In this document: positions 13,001-25,795 of the stretch, in pieces
How positions within the stretch are numbered: the stretch's first letter is position 1
Layout of the letters: each line of letters opens with the position of its first letter
From: Cirrosporium novae-zelandiae
Lineage: Eukaryota
Assembly (NCBI GenBank): GCA_026023565.1
Contig: JAPETS010000041.1
Location: 124,001-188,000, forward strand
Direction: 5' to 3'
Length of the DNA: 64,000 bases
The notes under the pieces: generated by a model
Database searches by the model: none
The model's input: only the letters and a program-made list of their open reading frames with translations
What the model was told of the DNA's origin: nothing
Position numbers and translations under genes: made by a program

Positions 13001-14230
13001 AAAGCGCAACCCTGGCGATCTTCTTCCTTACGTGCCGCGGCTTAAGGAGTTTTTTGCTCCACTTCCTCAACGATCGTCGGATATGAAGCTCAAGATCTTG
13101 AACATTCCGATTCAAGACATCGAATGTGTAACTGATACAGTTGTGAAGGTCAGACCACCTATATGGTATCTTAAGATCCCTAAAGGTATTGACAGCCACT
13201 TTCTTCTAGATCGATTTAACGAATTTACTAAGAAACAATGAAGAAGCAGTTAAATTTGCGGAGCAAGAGTTACTGAACTATATGACCTCATGGACATCCG
13301 ATGCCTGGAACGAGCTAGACTGGACACGCGTGAAGGACTTACAATCAAGAAATGTGATAGATGAGCGCAAATCCAAAGCCGTTATTGCACAGAATTGTAC
13401 TTGTATCAGTTGCCCCAAGTTCTTAAAACATGTAAGTTGAAACTTGAGGAATGTGCGAAGATTAGGCTAAGGAACATACAGTTTGCCATGCAGCATGATG
13501 AATGGCTCATCAAGGAGAATATTATGCAATTGAGACAGCTCATGTCGGACCAGAATCTTCAACTCTTACCTGATTATGAGCAACGGGTTGCAGTACTAAA
13601 GGACTTAGGCTTCATTGACGACAGTTCGCGAGTCCAGCTGAAAGGAAAAGTAGCCTGCGAAGTAAGCATAATTCCCGCGAAAAAAGGAATATCATCCAGG
13701 ATATATAAAACCTAACTAACTGTGTCTAGATTCACTCCGCCGATGAGCTTGTTTTGACAGAATTGATTCTTGAAAACGTCCTCGCAGACTTCGAGCCCGA
13801 GGAGATTGTGGCACTTCTCTCCGCTTTCGTATTCCAAGAAAAAACGGATGTGGTTCCAACCCTAACACAGCGACTAGAAAAAGGCAAGAATAGCATCATC
13901 GAGATCGCGCAAAAGGTCAATGCCTTCCAGATCGAGCATCAAGTAATCCTATCCAGCGAAGATTCAAATGACTTCGTCAGCCGGCCTCGCTTCGGCTTGG
14001 TGGAGGTTGTGTATGAATGGGCGAGGGGCATGTCTTTTAACCGCATCACCGACTTGACTGATGTTCTTGAAGGGACGATTGTGCGTGTCATTGCCAGGTT
14101 GGATGAGACATGTCGCGAGGTGAAGAATGCGGCTAGGATTGTGGGCGACCCTTCGCTTTTTTCTAAGATGCAGGAGGCACAGGAGATGATTAAGCGGGAT
14201 ATTACGGCGGTTGCTTCGTTATACATGTAG
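10066..14230 (+). CDS. SKI2: Ski2 DExH-box RNA helicase (cytoplasmic exosome cofactor, antiviral); 6 exons
   Basis: [40 protein letters not shown]-rich insert, C-terminal [13 protein letters not shown] (DSHCT); five GT-AG introns restore the frame. Confidence 0.95.
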
Positions 14231-14551
14231 AGTATCATGCATAGAACATAAGGGGTATAGAGAGTATAGACAATTAGGAGAAAAACTTACGAGGTAATGA
14301 GAGCATGAACGAGGTTTAAATTGATAAGGAGTTACGAAGACTTTGAAACGAATATTATGTGCATTAATAAAAAGTAACCTATTTTCGTAGTCTCATCTGT
14401 TAGGCATACTCATCTCGGAACTCCATGCATTCATTAATACCCCACCCCCCCCTAAATGAATTTTTAGGGAGTATAGAAAAAAAAGCCATCAGCGGATATA
14501 GGAAGACCGAAAGCTCCTGGACCCAATCAATTACATCCCATATTAGTCTCA

Positions 14552-16112
14552 TCAGGCATGAATAGCTTGCTGCACATGTGGATACACTGCAATCAACCTC
14601 GCATACAGATCCGGGTGGTCTCTCATCAGCACTTCAGGGTCCCACGCGATAGCTACGAATATCGTGTCTACGCCACTAGCAATTGGCGTCATGAAGATCT
14701 GGCACACCTGAAGGCCTATCAAGAACGAAAAGGCCATGATCACAGGCGTGTAAATATTGCCGCTGTTGTAGTCTGGCTTGGTATAATGCAGGTATAACCA
14801 CGAAAGGAGGGCAGAGAGGTATGCGACGAAGATAGAACCCATTGATAGAACTGGGCCGATGAGGCAATCGTTGACGAGGGCATCGATGCCTCGGTCCCGC
14901 ATCATTTTCCAAGTGTCTTTTGCGGCAGGGATGTACGCTTTGCCGTAGAGAGCGATGTGGCAGAACGCGTACCGGTTGATGAACTGGACGGCCCAGTCCA
15001 GGAGGGAGAGAAGACAACTAAGGAGGCAGAAGCATATATAGGCAATAATATTGCCATTCTGACCTTCCTGGTATCGGGCGATGGAGACGGCTTGGCGCAG
15101 CGTGTTAATAATGGCGACGATCAGGCTTCCGAAGCTAATGCTGCCGAAACTGTATGTTAACGCACGTCTACTAGCGCCGCGGGTGATACCCTTCGGGATG
15201 CCGTCTGGGGATCCTGAGCAGAAGTACCATGAGCCGTAAATCCCGGCGACGATCGTGTGGATTGTGTTTTTGAGCCATTCGGTTATCCAGAACCCGGCGA
15301 ACGTTATCACGACAATGAGTCCGATGACCTTGCTGCTCGATGCTCCTGACCCACTTGCGCTATTGCTGCCATTATTTGTGGGTTCATATTTTGCATAGAT
15401 AGCTACCAATGTCACAGAAAACCAAGCAGCGAATGCAATGGAACAGAATCCTCCAATGGCGCTGATCAGGAAAATATGTCCCACATGCTTGGCAACGTCC
15501 ATTGCGGTCCGCAGCATCAAGGTACTAAACGGGATTCTTGGGATCCAGGAAATGAAGCATATAATTGCAAATATTGCGAAGATGGCAAACACAATGCCGG
15601 CATACCAGAGGCGCGCCGTGAGGTAGTATATCGCAGTGGCGACAGCTATGGCAATGTTCAGGATTCCAGTTATCCAAATAAATTGCTTGGTGAATGCCCT
15701 GGCAGCGAGGAAGTAGAGCCATGAGGCAACAAAAGATACACAGAGGACGAAAACGAAGAGGACTATGGTGTTCGTATTTGGGGCGAAAGTCGAGGCAGCG
15801 GAATTGTAGATACCACCTCCTTGTTGACCTTTGGTTTTGGCGTATCCTTGGAGCGAAATACCAGATATAACAACGAAACCACAGAAGGTAAGAATCAGCT
15901 AAAAGGAATTTGTCATTTTCTCTTCTGCTAGAACGTAAATGTAATAGGTGTCTCACCAGCAATCCAGCCCACCAGTCATTGTACTTTGGTTTATCCACCT
16001 TGAACGTCTGTTCAAAGGTCTGCTTGCTATCTTCTGGGACGCTGTTCCCATAATCGACACCATATTGCGGAGGCTGCTGATTGGATTTTGGTGCGTCCTG
16101 TGGAAGAGACAT
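14552..16112 (-). CDS. PNS1: Pns1, choline-transporter-like (CTL/SLC44) membrane protein; 2 exons
   Basis: FEQTFKVDKPKYNDWWAGLL, SFGSISFGSLIVA, NRYAFCHIALYGKAYIPAAKDTW, many TM segments; intron ~15899-15956; start codon not certain. Confidence 0.9.
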
Positions 16113-17214
16113 GTCTAGGAACTTGAAATTCAAATAATTAATGCAGTCGTAGGAAATATTTTGCAGCGAGGACGGGATAAATGTTCTGTACAAAGAAGGA
16201 GAGATTGCAGTGCTCTGAGCTGTCGAGAAATTGGCCTTCCAGAATATCTAGCGTGGAAGAGAGCCCAGCTTGTGCATGACCTCATAGGGCATACCCCCAG
16301 CCAACCCAGCCAGCTAGGCCTTCACAATTTCAAGCTTGAAGTTAATTGTCTAGAAGTGGTCTCACCAGACTAAAATCGTAAATCAGCTTTGGATGAAAAA
16401 TATAGAGTTTTTGTTTCTTGAATCCTAATGTTGCTTGCAAATTCCAAGAGATACTCCATGGCAAGCAGCCAGTCACCCAAGGCGATAACCATGCTGCCAT
16501 GTCTTGATTGATGAAATTGGCTTTCGATCGGACCTACAGCTCCTACGCCGTTGAAAGCCGCAACGAACCAAGCAGTTTTTGGAAAGGAAAGCGGCGATCT
16601 AGACATTACTCGAGTAGATAAGTCGCTAATTAGTGACATCTCCAGAATCTAATTAATAATTTCGGTAGACAGTCTGAAAGTCTAAAAGAAATCATAACAA
16701 AGCAGTCTTAACCTAATCCATAGCTTAGCACTTTTAGCTATACTCTACTTTTAAAAGTATACAAGTACTGTACGGGATAGCTGAAAGGGATAATTACTTT
16801 AAAAATTTCAGACAAATGACTATCTCTTGACTAAATGGGTGGGATATCAGAAAATAGTCGGATTACTTTGTACTGTACTTATCGTTATGTTTATACTTGA
16901 CGGGTAGAAATGAAAGCGACCAGGCCCAAAGATAGAACTAGAATAATGTGATCTTAAAGAGGGCTTCAAACAAAATCAATTTTTGTATATTTATAATTAA
17001 TTTATTTTTAGGGCTTTGGGGAGGTCTTCAATTGAATTGTTATTGAAAATTGATTTTGTTTGAAGGCCTCCCTAAGGTCACTTTTCTAGGTTTCATTTTT
17101 TTTGGGGTCTGGTCGCTTTCATTTCTACCTGTCGAAAGTAGTTGACGTGGAAATAGATGATACACATTTTCTTCGGCTATCTGTTGCACTCATGAGTAGC
17201 TATTCTCCAGGTAT

Positions 17215-18117
17215 TTATTTGCTAGAATCTTTCCACCAAGAATCGGCAGCTAAGCAAAGAGGAATTAATAAATGTACAATGTCGAATAGAGAACTTCAGC
17301 AACATACCATCATGAATATCAAAATGCGAGATATCCTCTCTCTTCTTTGCCTTGTCTGCATGGTGAACCCCGAAGTCCTTATTCCTCTTCTCGAGTGCTG
17401 TGTCTAAGTCACATTGACTAGGTTGGGTTAATGAACCCATTAACACAGGAGATCCAAGTGGGTACTGATCGCCTTTGTCGACCTGCCAGAAATGCCACGT
17501 TTTCCCATACAGAGTGGTGATCTCTTTCATTGCTTCGAGCTCTGCTTGCTCCCATTCCTCAGCCGTCTTGTCGGCAGGTTTTGGCAGAATCAACATGCCC
17601 GATTTGACTTCGAAAACGTGGGAGTGCCTAGAAGGAGAAGGCTATGAGCGTTATAGGATTCTTTAAGACGGCAATGCTGTTGTCGATTTAATACTACCAT
17701 ACCATAGTTTCTGTTCTTCTGGAGGAAAGCTCTCATAGACGTGCTTCGGAACCATATACTCAACACCAATCAAGCGAGCATCCTTCTCATGGGAGTCGTA
17801 GACCAGACACTGTCGAAGATCTGCCATCGGTAAGCCCTGTCAGTAGCGCAGGACTTGTTCCCGCTAGAAAACCAATGGAAACCACACCTTTCCGAACATG
17901 AGAACAATAATGAACTGCATGCACAGATCTAGTTTCTCCCTGGCGAGCCTCATCGCTGTAAATATGTAAAGCGGTCAAGAATTCGCAGATGTTGTGAAGA
18001 GGTTTAAATTCCTTTTTCGCGCCATTATTATTAGCTTCTAAACACCATATGCATGAACATTGTAATTGAAGTAATTATCATCCTTACCGGATTAGGCCCA
18101 GAGCACTGGGGAGCCAT
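17215..18117 (-). CDS. DUF1264 (oil-body-associated protein-like) protein; 5 exons
   Basis: Spliced MAPQCSGPNP|EFKPLHNICEFLTALHIY...HYCSH...RQCLVYD...RLIGVEYMV...WHSHVFEVKSGMLILP...YGKTWHFWQVDKGD...ADSWWKDSSK*. Confidence 0.85.
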
Positions 18118-18896
18118 GGTGTAAGATCGGTAGAGGGATTTTCGAACTTAGGGCAAGGCGACAAACACGTGCTATTGCGTGCTGGAATAGCTGCCAATAG
18201 CTGGAGTTCAAGAGAAATATAAAGGTATAAGAACTTGCTGTTCTCCAAAAATGCTGTTTCTCAACTTCTGACGGTGCCTTTTTATCCCTTTTACCTCCAT
18301 CGACCATTCCTCTCGTCACTTCCTATGTAATAAAGATAACGACCTACCAAAAAGCAATATGCCTCAGCTGACCATATCGTCATTAAGGAAAGTATCTAGA
18401 AAGGTCGCCGACCTCGATCCTCGTCATCTTGCTGTTGATAGGCCCTAGGCCCCTCCTCCGGGGGCTTTAATAACGCCCATACACATAACGATGGGACCGC
18501 TGTCTCCAGAACCTTCTCCACGTGAAAATGGTTGATTGCTGATAATAATTTCATTCTTATATGAATCTTAGAGTTTGTCCTGAAGTAATATGTACCTAAG
18601 AGTCACCAGTGCTGATGTTATACTCATTATCTTGATGAAATCAAAATGTAAGCATATAGCCTCCGGCTTAGATGCCGATCTTCGGCTACCTGGTGGGTAG
18701 ATTTTTGCGTTCAGTTTTTCCAAGCCTGAAATTGCCCCTCATTTTCAAGGGGGAGCAATGCCAAAGCACATCTGGTTTTCTTTTATACGAGGAAGTGCCC
18801 TACGATAAATTTATTTACTATTTTTTATATCCTCCACGATTTAGAGATTTTTTTAATTTCAACCTTTTAGGAGACAATTCTTGTCATCATTACTCA

Positions 18897-19828
18897 ATGC
18901 TAGGGGTCTTGCAGCCTTTTCGTCGCCGCTTTTCCGACCCACGCGAGCCTGAAGTTTGTCGAAACAAAACGCCTCACCGAGAAGTCTACGAATAATCCCG
19001 CACCCCGAAATGCAGTCCTCTAAGCCTGCTTCTGACTCACGGAAACTTAACTCCGAGAACTCGATTGAACTTACAAGTCTAAAGTCCTCTACTGGGGCTG
19101 GCGAACGAATATCTCCTGGGGAAAATGAACACCCGCACACTTATCAGGATGATTATGTGTCGGTGGATGAAGGAACATTAGTAGAGCAGCGAGAGCAGGA
19201 TACGCAAGAACAAGTGACAGAATCTACGGATCAACATAAAGACGCTACTACATCAGCGAGCACAACACCCCCACTAAGTGCCCCCGAAGATGGGGCATTC
19301 TCCACTCTTCGAACTTGGTGGAATGAACAAATAGCCATCGTTATTTTGGAACCCCCAGGAGACTTTCGTGATTACCTCGGTTTGTTCGCCCCCCCCCCAA
19401 AGCTCCGGTGTTCCCGATCGCTAACAATCTCAATAGCACTAGAGCGAACATATCTCGCATTTTTCAGAACCTCCATCGCAATAGCCATGATATCCGTAGC
19501 CATTTCCCAAGTGTTTCTACTGTCAGATTCCGGAACGCCAGCTAGTGATACCGACTTTCACCGCTTCGGGAAACCACTGGCTGCGGTACTGGCAGGGTTT
19601 GCATTGCTTGTAGCACTAATGGGCAGCGCCAGGTATTTTCGCCAGCAGGCATACATGTCCATGCGAGGGAAATACTCATCTGGGGGATTTGATATACTAC
19701 TTATTTTCATTATATCGTTTGCGGTAAGCGTAGCTCGACCTCTTCCACCTCTCCTAACCATCAATACTCATATTCTTGATTAGGTTAGCATAGTAGTATT
19801 TGTTGTCTCCTTGGTGATTCCAGAATAG
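18897..19828 (+). CDS. DUF202 membrane protein
   Basis: RDYL|ALERTYLAFFRTS signature, three hydrophobic segments, GSARYFRQQ; last exon VSIVVFVVSLVIPE*; start uncertain (18897 with an intron, or 19010). Confidence 0.8.
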
Positions 19829-19993
19829 ATGCAGCCCACTAAAACCGTTGATCTTACGCAGGGGGTCTGCTGGCTGAATTATATCCAATTGCCAGCCATC
19901 AGTTGATTATAGCAGCAACAATCTGGTCATCATTGGTATCAACTTGGCTTTTCTGGTACGTCAAAGGCGATATTTTTGTTGCTTTTGCACAGC

Positions 19994-22120
19994 TCATCCG
20001 GCCAGGGTTGCGTTTTCATCTACATGGAGTGAAACTCCGTCTTCGGAGGAAGAATTTGCCAGATCACTGAGCCACAAATCATCTTCGACGATACCAGAGG
20101 TGAAGCTGACTTGATCCACGTTGCCCTGGCCAAACTTTTGAGCTCGAGCAGCTAGCACCTCCCGCGCAACCCCCTGAACCTGTTGCATAACACAATGCGC
20201 AACATTCCATACCTCGCCCAATGTTTTTAGTACGCCAATAGCTAGCATAGTTCTTTGGCGGATGGCATTTTTCTCTGAAGTCGACCCTCGAAAAGAGTAA
20301 GAGCTTAGCTGCACAATGGCATTCAAAGCCATGGCACAGGTTAAGAAAGGGGTGTGCTTCCATACAGGTTTCTGAAAACTGCCTAGATTGGTAAGAGAGT
20401 TTGCCGCCCACACCGCCTTGGCCATATGCGTATATTGTTCCAAGCATGGTATATGGGGGTGCTGTTGCCTTGCACAATACACTCCGTTTCGGAATGGAGA
20501 GAATGCAAGGCTAGATCTCGGACGGTGAAGGTTTATAGAACTCCTATAGCAAGGCAATTTAGGATCCAATAGATCTGTCTGGAAATAGACCAACTCACGC
20601 GTGTATTATCATATGTGCTTGGAAAAGCATCTCATCGATATCTCCGTTCTCATCTATAATCTCCTTCTTTGACGGGGGAAGTAAGAGGAACCAGTTCGCC
20701 AATGCCTCATCTACAAGCCTAACTTCATTGTCATTATTATTATATGGATCTTGTCCAAGTATGATAATATCCGCTAGGATGTGGATAGCTTCGATTCGAT
20801 AGGCAAATGATGAAAATTTCGGCATGGTGATATCAAATGCTCTTTCTCTTAATTGAAGGACTGTTTGCGGTTCAGGGATATACTATATTCGCAAAAACCC
20901 AACAAATTAGTAGGACGTGTCAGTGAATTGGATGCGAGATGTAGACGTACATTGCTCTCTGCGTATACTTTTTCTTCGCAAGGTAGTAGAACATCTAATT
21001 CAACGATAGATGTTCTAAAGGATGTTTTTTGATGAATGGATGCTAGCATCCCGTCAATAATGTATAGTTCCCACCAAGTTCGTCGCCAGCTTTCTTCTAG
21101 CTGCGGAGACCCATGTCCACATTCCTGAGCAAACCTAGCATAATTCATCCCGATCCTCATTGCTACATCGATTGCCGCATCCATGGCTTGTATAGCTTGA
21201 TCCCGAAGGTTGTCCGCATGAAGAATGATTGCTAGGAGAAGTAATGCTTGTACCTTAAAACCAGAGTCAGGTACCTGATTCGAGAGGACGAAACAGGCCT
21301 TAGATTTAAAAGCCTCATTCTCACAAGCTGAGGTATAATGACATGCGGCATATTCCATCATATCCTTCAAATATGGCGGATACTGCACAATCGATGTTTT
21401 TAACATTCTCTTGGGAAGCAGAATAGGATGGGCCTGATGGAAATGCAGATAATAGAGGTCCAGTAAATAGCTCGCGACAGGTAATTTAGGGCCTTCCATT
21501 GCTGGCAAGCGCTGGGTGAGATTTGAGGGCAGATTTATGAAGCCAAACGCATCCGCTTGGTTCATATCATTGGATGACCCCATCTGGTAAAGGGCAGGTA
21601 TGCTCAAGACTTCATTGAGCGCACTCGTCGGGAATGATGGGTATGACGAAGTACTTGCCGTAAGTAGCGGAGGTAGTGTGGACGGTAAATTTAAAGGTGA
21701 ATCTTTTTAAGAGCACATATCAATACGTGGGTAATGCGCATTGAGGACCATCTATGCTAAAAATGAATGGAATTCCTAGATCCAGCACGTACCAATAGAT
21801 TCCTGAGACGAGTTATTGTCAGGAGCAATGCCTTTGAGAGAATCATGGTTGGTGGATCTAGCAGACTGCTGTTTCCTAAGGCCTCTATAGCCTCGTCGAG
21901 ATCGTACATATATGCACTGAGAGCCATCTGTTGAACATCTACCGCAAGGAGGGCCTCTAGCATCGCATTTCAAGTGTCTACTCCGGCATTTAATGCAAGC
22001 CAGAGACACCGGAGGTTTCTCCTTTTCTTTCTCTCTCGAACTAGGAGCTGCATTGTTGTTGACACTATTGACCGTAGGATTATTCTTGTCATGGTTGGGA
22101 ACCAGCATTGATGCAGACAT
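19994..22120 (-). CDS. Zn(II)2Cys6 transcription factor with fungal-specific TF domain; multi-exon
   Basis: ACIKCRSRHLKCDARGPPCGRCSTDGSQCIY; YYLHFHQAHPIL; EESWRRTWWELY; DEMLFQAHMI. Confidence 0.92.
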
Positions 22121-22928
22121 CGTATATAGTGTCCAGCTTCAAGGGATTAGAGAGTGTTCCAATCAGTCAAACACTCTTCCTATCGTTCGAGTCAATTAAA
22201 AAAAAAGGTCCGTTTCGGTGGTGAATTAAGACATTAATTATTTTATGTTTATTTAAAATCCGTTCCTGTCGGGCGGGCGTTCGGCCTTACATACGGTAAT
22301 TTTAGTTTAGCTGACATGCCGCCAGTCTACTAATATCCCAGCTTTTTAGCCCCAACCTCCGCTTTCAGCCGGTCCTGCACGTGTCTCGGTCCAAATCAAC
22401 CAAGTCTGGACTGGACCAAGGTTCGGTGCTCTTGTCAGCACGTCTGAGTTTGGAATCGAACGGTTGATTAATTAGTCAACTAAGTACTGTGCTGTAAGGA
22501 TATAACCATATCATATTATCATACTTCTCGAGATATGACCTTTCACAATGCATGAATAGCTAAGGGTTAAGGAACGATGGGAATAATTTTCCAGAATAAT
22601 GCCTGACACGAAAATATAATAATATCAGACTTTCATATTCAGCTTCATAATAGAGACCAAGTTGAACAAAGCTTTTGTACCACGAACGTTGTCCAATGCC
22701 AAACGACTATCACCCATAGAACTTAAGTTTTGACAACAATACGCCTGACAGTGCCCCCCAAATACGCCGCGCTTTCCCACAAATCCGGCCTTGAATACAC
22801 GCAAAACCATCGGAGGTAGCTCCCTAGTCCGCCGAGGGAAAACAGAATATGTTACAACAGGAATCGTAAACTCATAATCAGATTACTATGTGCACATTGA
22901 TAAAGGTGTGCACACTCGCAAAACCTTT

Positions 22929-25374
22929 TTAACGGAGTGAGAGAGATGGGAACGTCCTCCTTCCCTGAATATTGACTTGATATTCAAAGATTCCTTCTTC
23001 AGTACCAACATATCTATAGAATATATTAGACACAACAGAAAGAACGGAAAGAATAGGAACAACAAAAAGATTAAAAATAGGTATTATTGTCTTACAGTAG
23101 CCTTCCATCTCTACTAAATCCTATTCCAGCGGTCCCAACACCTGTTTCTGTGTTTGTGTCTTGGTGATGTCTTCGAACGATTTCGAGCTCTGGTCGAATA
23201 TAATTGCGGTCATAAATTTGGCGGGTCCTAGCACGTCGCTCAGCCTCTAGTTCAGCAGCTGCAAGAAGCCGTCGTTGCTGCTGATAGTCCTGATCTTGAA
23301 CTGTCATCCCCAGTCTCCTTTGGTTGATTTGCTCCAAAACACGTAACTCCTCAACTGCTGCTGCTTCACGCTCGAGTCGCAACCGAGTTCCTGGGTCAGG
23401 CAGGGACTCGTTTCGCATGGCTGCTTCTATTAACCGCCATGCTTGACTACTTGATTGAGGGGCCTCTGATGGCTCATTTCTAGATTCGATTCTAGTTGAG
23501 GAAAGGCCTGGAGAGGAAGTATCCATTCTTGAGACCTGGCTCCAAATGCTAGATGGCGCTCCACTAGGAAGCATGACAGAACTACGACGTCGCGGTTCGT
23601 ATCGCTCGTTTCGGGTTCGCTCCAAATTTCTATCACGAATGAAGTCACGGATAGTACTATTTAGTCTTAGAGGAGTGGAAATACTGCTGGTAGAAATATC
23701 GTCTCTGTTAGATAAATCACTAGGGGTTCGACGGGTGTTTGGTGGCGGTAGATAATGAATACTGCGCGGAATCTGATCTGGTACTTCTACGCGACTTGAT
23801 ATATTTGATCTTTCTCCAGATGTGCGTAGTGCTTCTATTATTTGTCGCTCCTGCTCCGTCAAATCGTGTGGCGAAGATTCACGCGGGCTTTCCTGACGTA
23901 CTCCTTGTTCTCTGTGACGTTCGAGCCTACGTCTTGCCGCTGACGCTTCAATATAATCAGCTACGAAATTAATCGCGGCATCACCATCTTGCGTATCTCT
24001 AGCTTCGCGATACTGTCGGATAAATCTGATCTCTTCATTAAGTTCATGCAATTCTCTTAGTTCTGGAGGGACGTAATCATCGGGGTCAAGCATTTGGACG
24101 TACTCAACGTCCGTAGCTTTAGAGTCTAGCTCCAGAATCTGTTGGTGGCGACAATCATCTCGAAGATCTATCACGCAGGCCCTGCCAAAGTCTTCTGCCC
24201 ACACGAATAGATCCCATGGCTGTGGCGAGAAGCACATTGAACGAACTGCGCCCAGAACCGGGCGAGAGGACTTGAAGGTTCGGATAATCGCTTCCTGACC
24301 GTTCTCGACCGTCTGAATTAGGTTGGTATCAAAAAATGTTACAATTCCGCCTTGACAAGCTACAGCGCAGATATGACCAGCCGGAGAAAATGCAATAGCG
24401 AAACAACATTCGGCATTTTCTTCCTGTCGATCTTCTCGACGCTCCACCGGCGGAAGGAAAGGGCTACTAATTAAGTGCCATTTATATGTCTGTTTGATTC
24501 GTCGATAGAAGTATGCGCGATTTTCGTCACCAACAGCTGCGAGGATGGATCCATCCGGGGATATTACAGCATAGTTCATTGCAACTGGGTGGAGTATGGT
24601 TTCAATCACACGGAATTGCGTTAGGGAATGGATACGGATTGAGTGGTCGTTATTCCTTTAGGGGTTAGCTAACAAGCCAGACATTGAACAGGGCAGTAAC
24701 AAACGTGAGAACAGCCACAGTTTCATCATCCAAGCCTTTTTCATTATTTCCAGGAAAGTGATGTATCGTTACTGAGTTGACAATGTGTCCACCATGTTCT
24801 TGAATCTGTATCTTCGGTTCTCTCCTATTCGAAGGTAGTGGTGATCGTCGCTCAGAGAGAATTGAAAGGGTTTGTCTTCTTGTTTCGGGATCAAGGTCGA
24901 TAGGAAGGAGAGCATCTACCTCGGCAGCTGAGCTTGAAGCTTGGTCGTTACCAGTAGACCCAGAACTAATGTCAACAAATGCGCAGAGGCCGTTGTCCGT
25001 TCCACCAACGCCTACCCAACCAAATCCAGCAACAAGGCATCGAGGTTCAAACGGTAAGGACACAACAAGTTCACGTTTTCTAGTTGGAATATGAAAAGAG
25101 TATATCTTGTCTCTCGTTGCGAAGTATATACAATCGGGCTCGGCAGTTGAGATGTAGTGACGCAGCTGATTATGCCTATTGATTCAACATGAGTTGTATC
25201 CTCCGCCTTAACTTTGTTGATTACGCTACCTGTTTGGGATCTTCTGCGGGTAGAACTTTTGAATAGATTTCTGAATTAAAGAGTCTGTTGCTTGGAACCT
25301 TCAAAACAGTAATCAGAAATGGGCATCCAAGCTGGCAAATGGAAGCTGGCTTACAAGGGATCGTCAATCGACAT
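22929..25374 (-). CDS. Fungal WD40/beta-propeller-like protein (DUF2415-like); multi-exon
   Basis: HNQLRHYIS, FEPRCLVAGFGW, IVNSVT, NYAVISPDGSILAAVGD, GAVRSMCFSPQPWDLFVWAED, YVGTEEGIFEYQVN...RRTFPSLSLR*. Confidence 0.8.
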
Positions 25375-25795
25375 GCTGTAGGAGAGGCGGCAGAACCTCA
25401 AGCAATAGTGCCGACCAAAATGTTACATAAACAGAATATGCACTGAATATCGTAAAATTTGATCGCTCCAAGTGCTTCGAAGAAATACAAAGGCTTTAGT
25501 ACTTTGTAATGCAGGTAAGGTGACTCTTGGTATCTGACGTCGAGCAATTGTTTAGACGCCAAGCAGTTGGATAGACGCTATAGGCGCCAAGCCGAATGAA
25601 GTCGCGGCTACTTAGCTTAAGGCAACTTCGGTCCGGGGTTTACGCTAAGGGAAGACTACGGAGAAAGTATCTTTTCAAATTTGTCTTCCATCATCTTCTG
25701 CGGCTTCAATATTTCTTCTCTTCACATTTTCCCACGCCACCATCTTTTATTCCCTTTTCATCCAGCATTCGCTGTACACTATACATATTGTAAAC

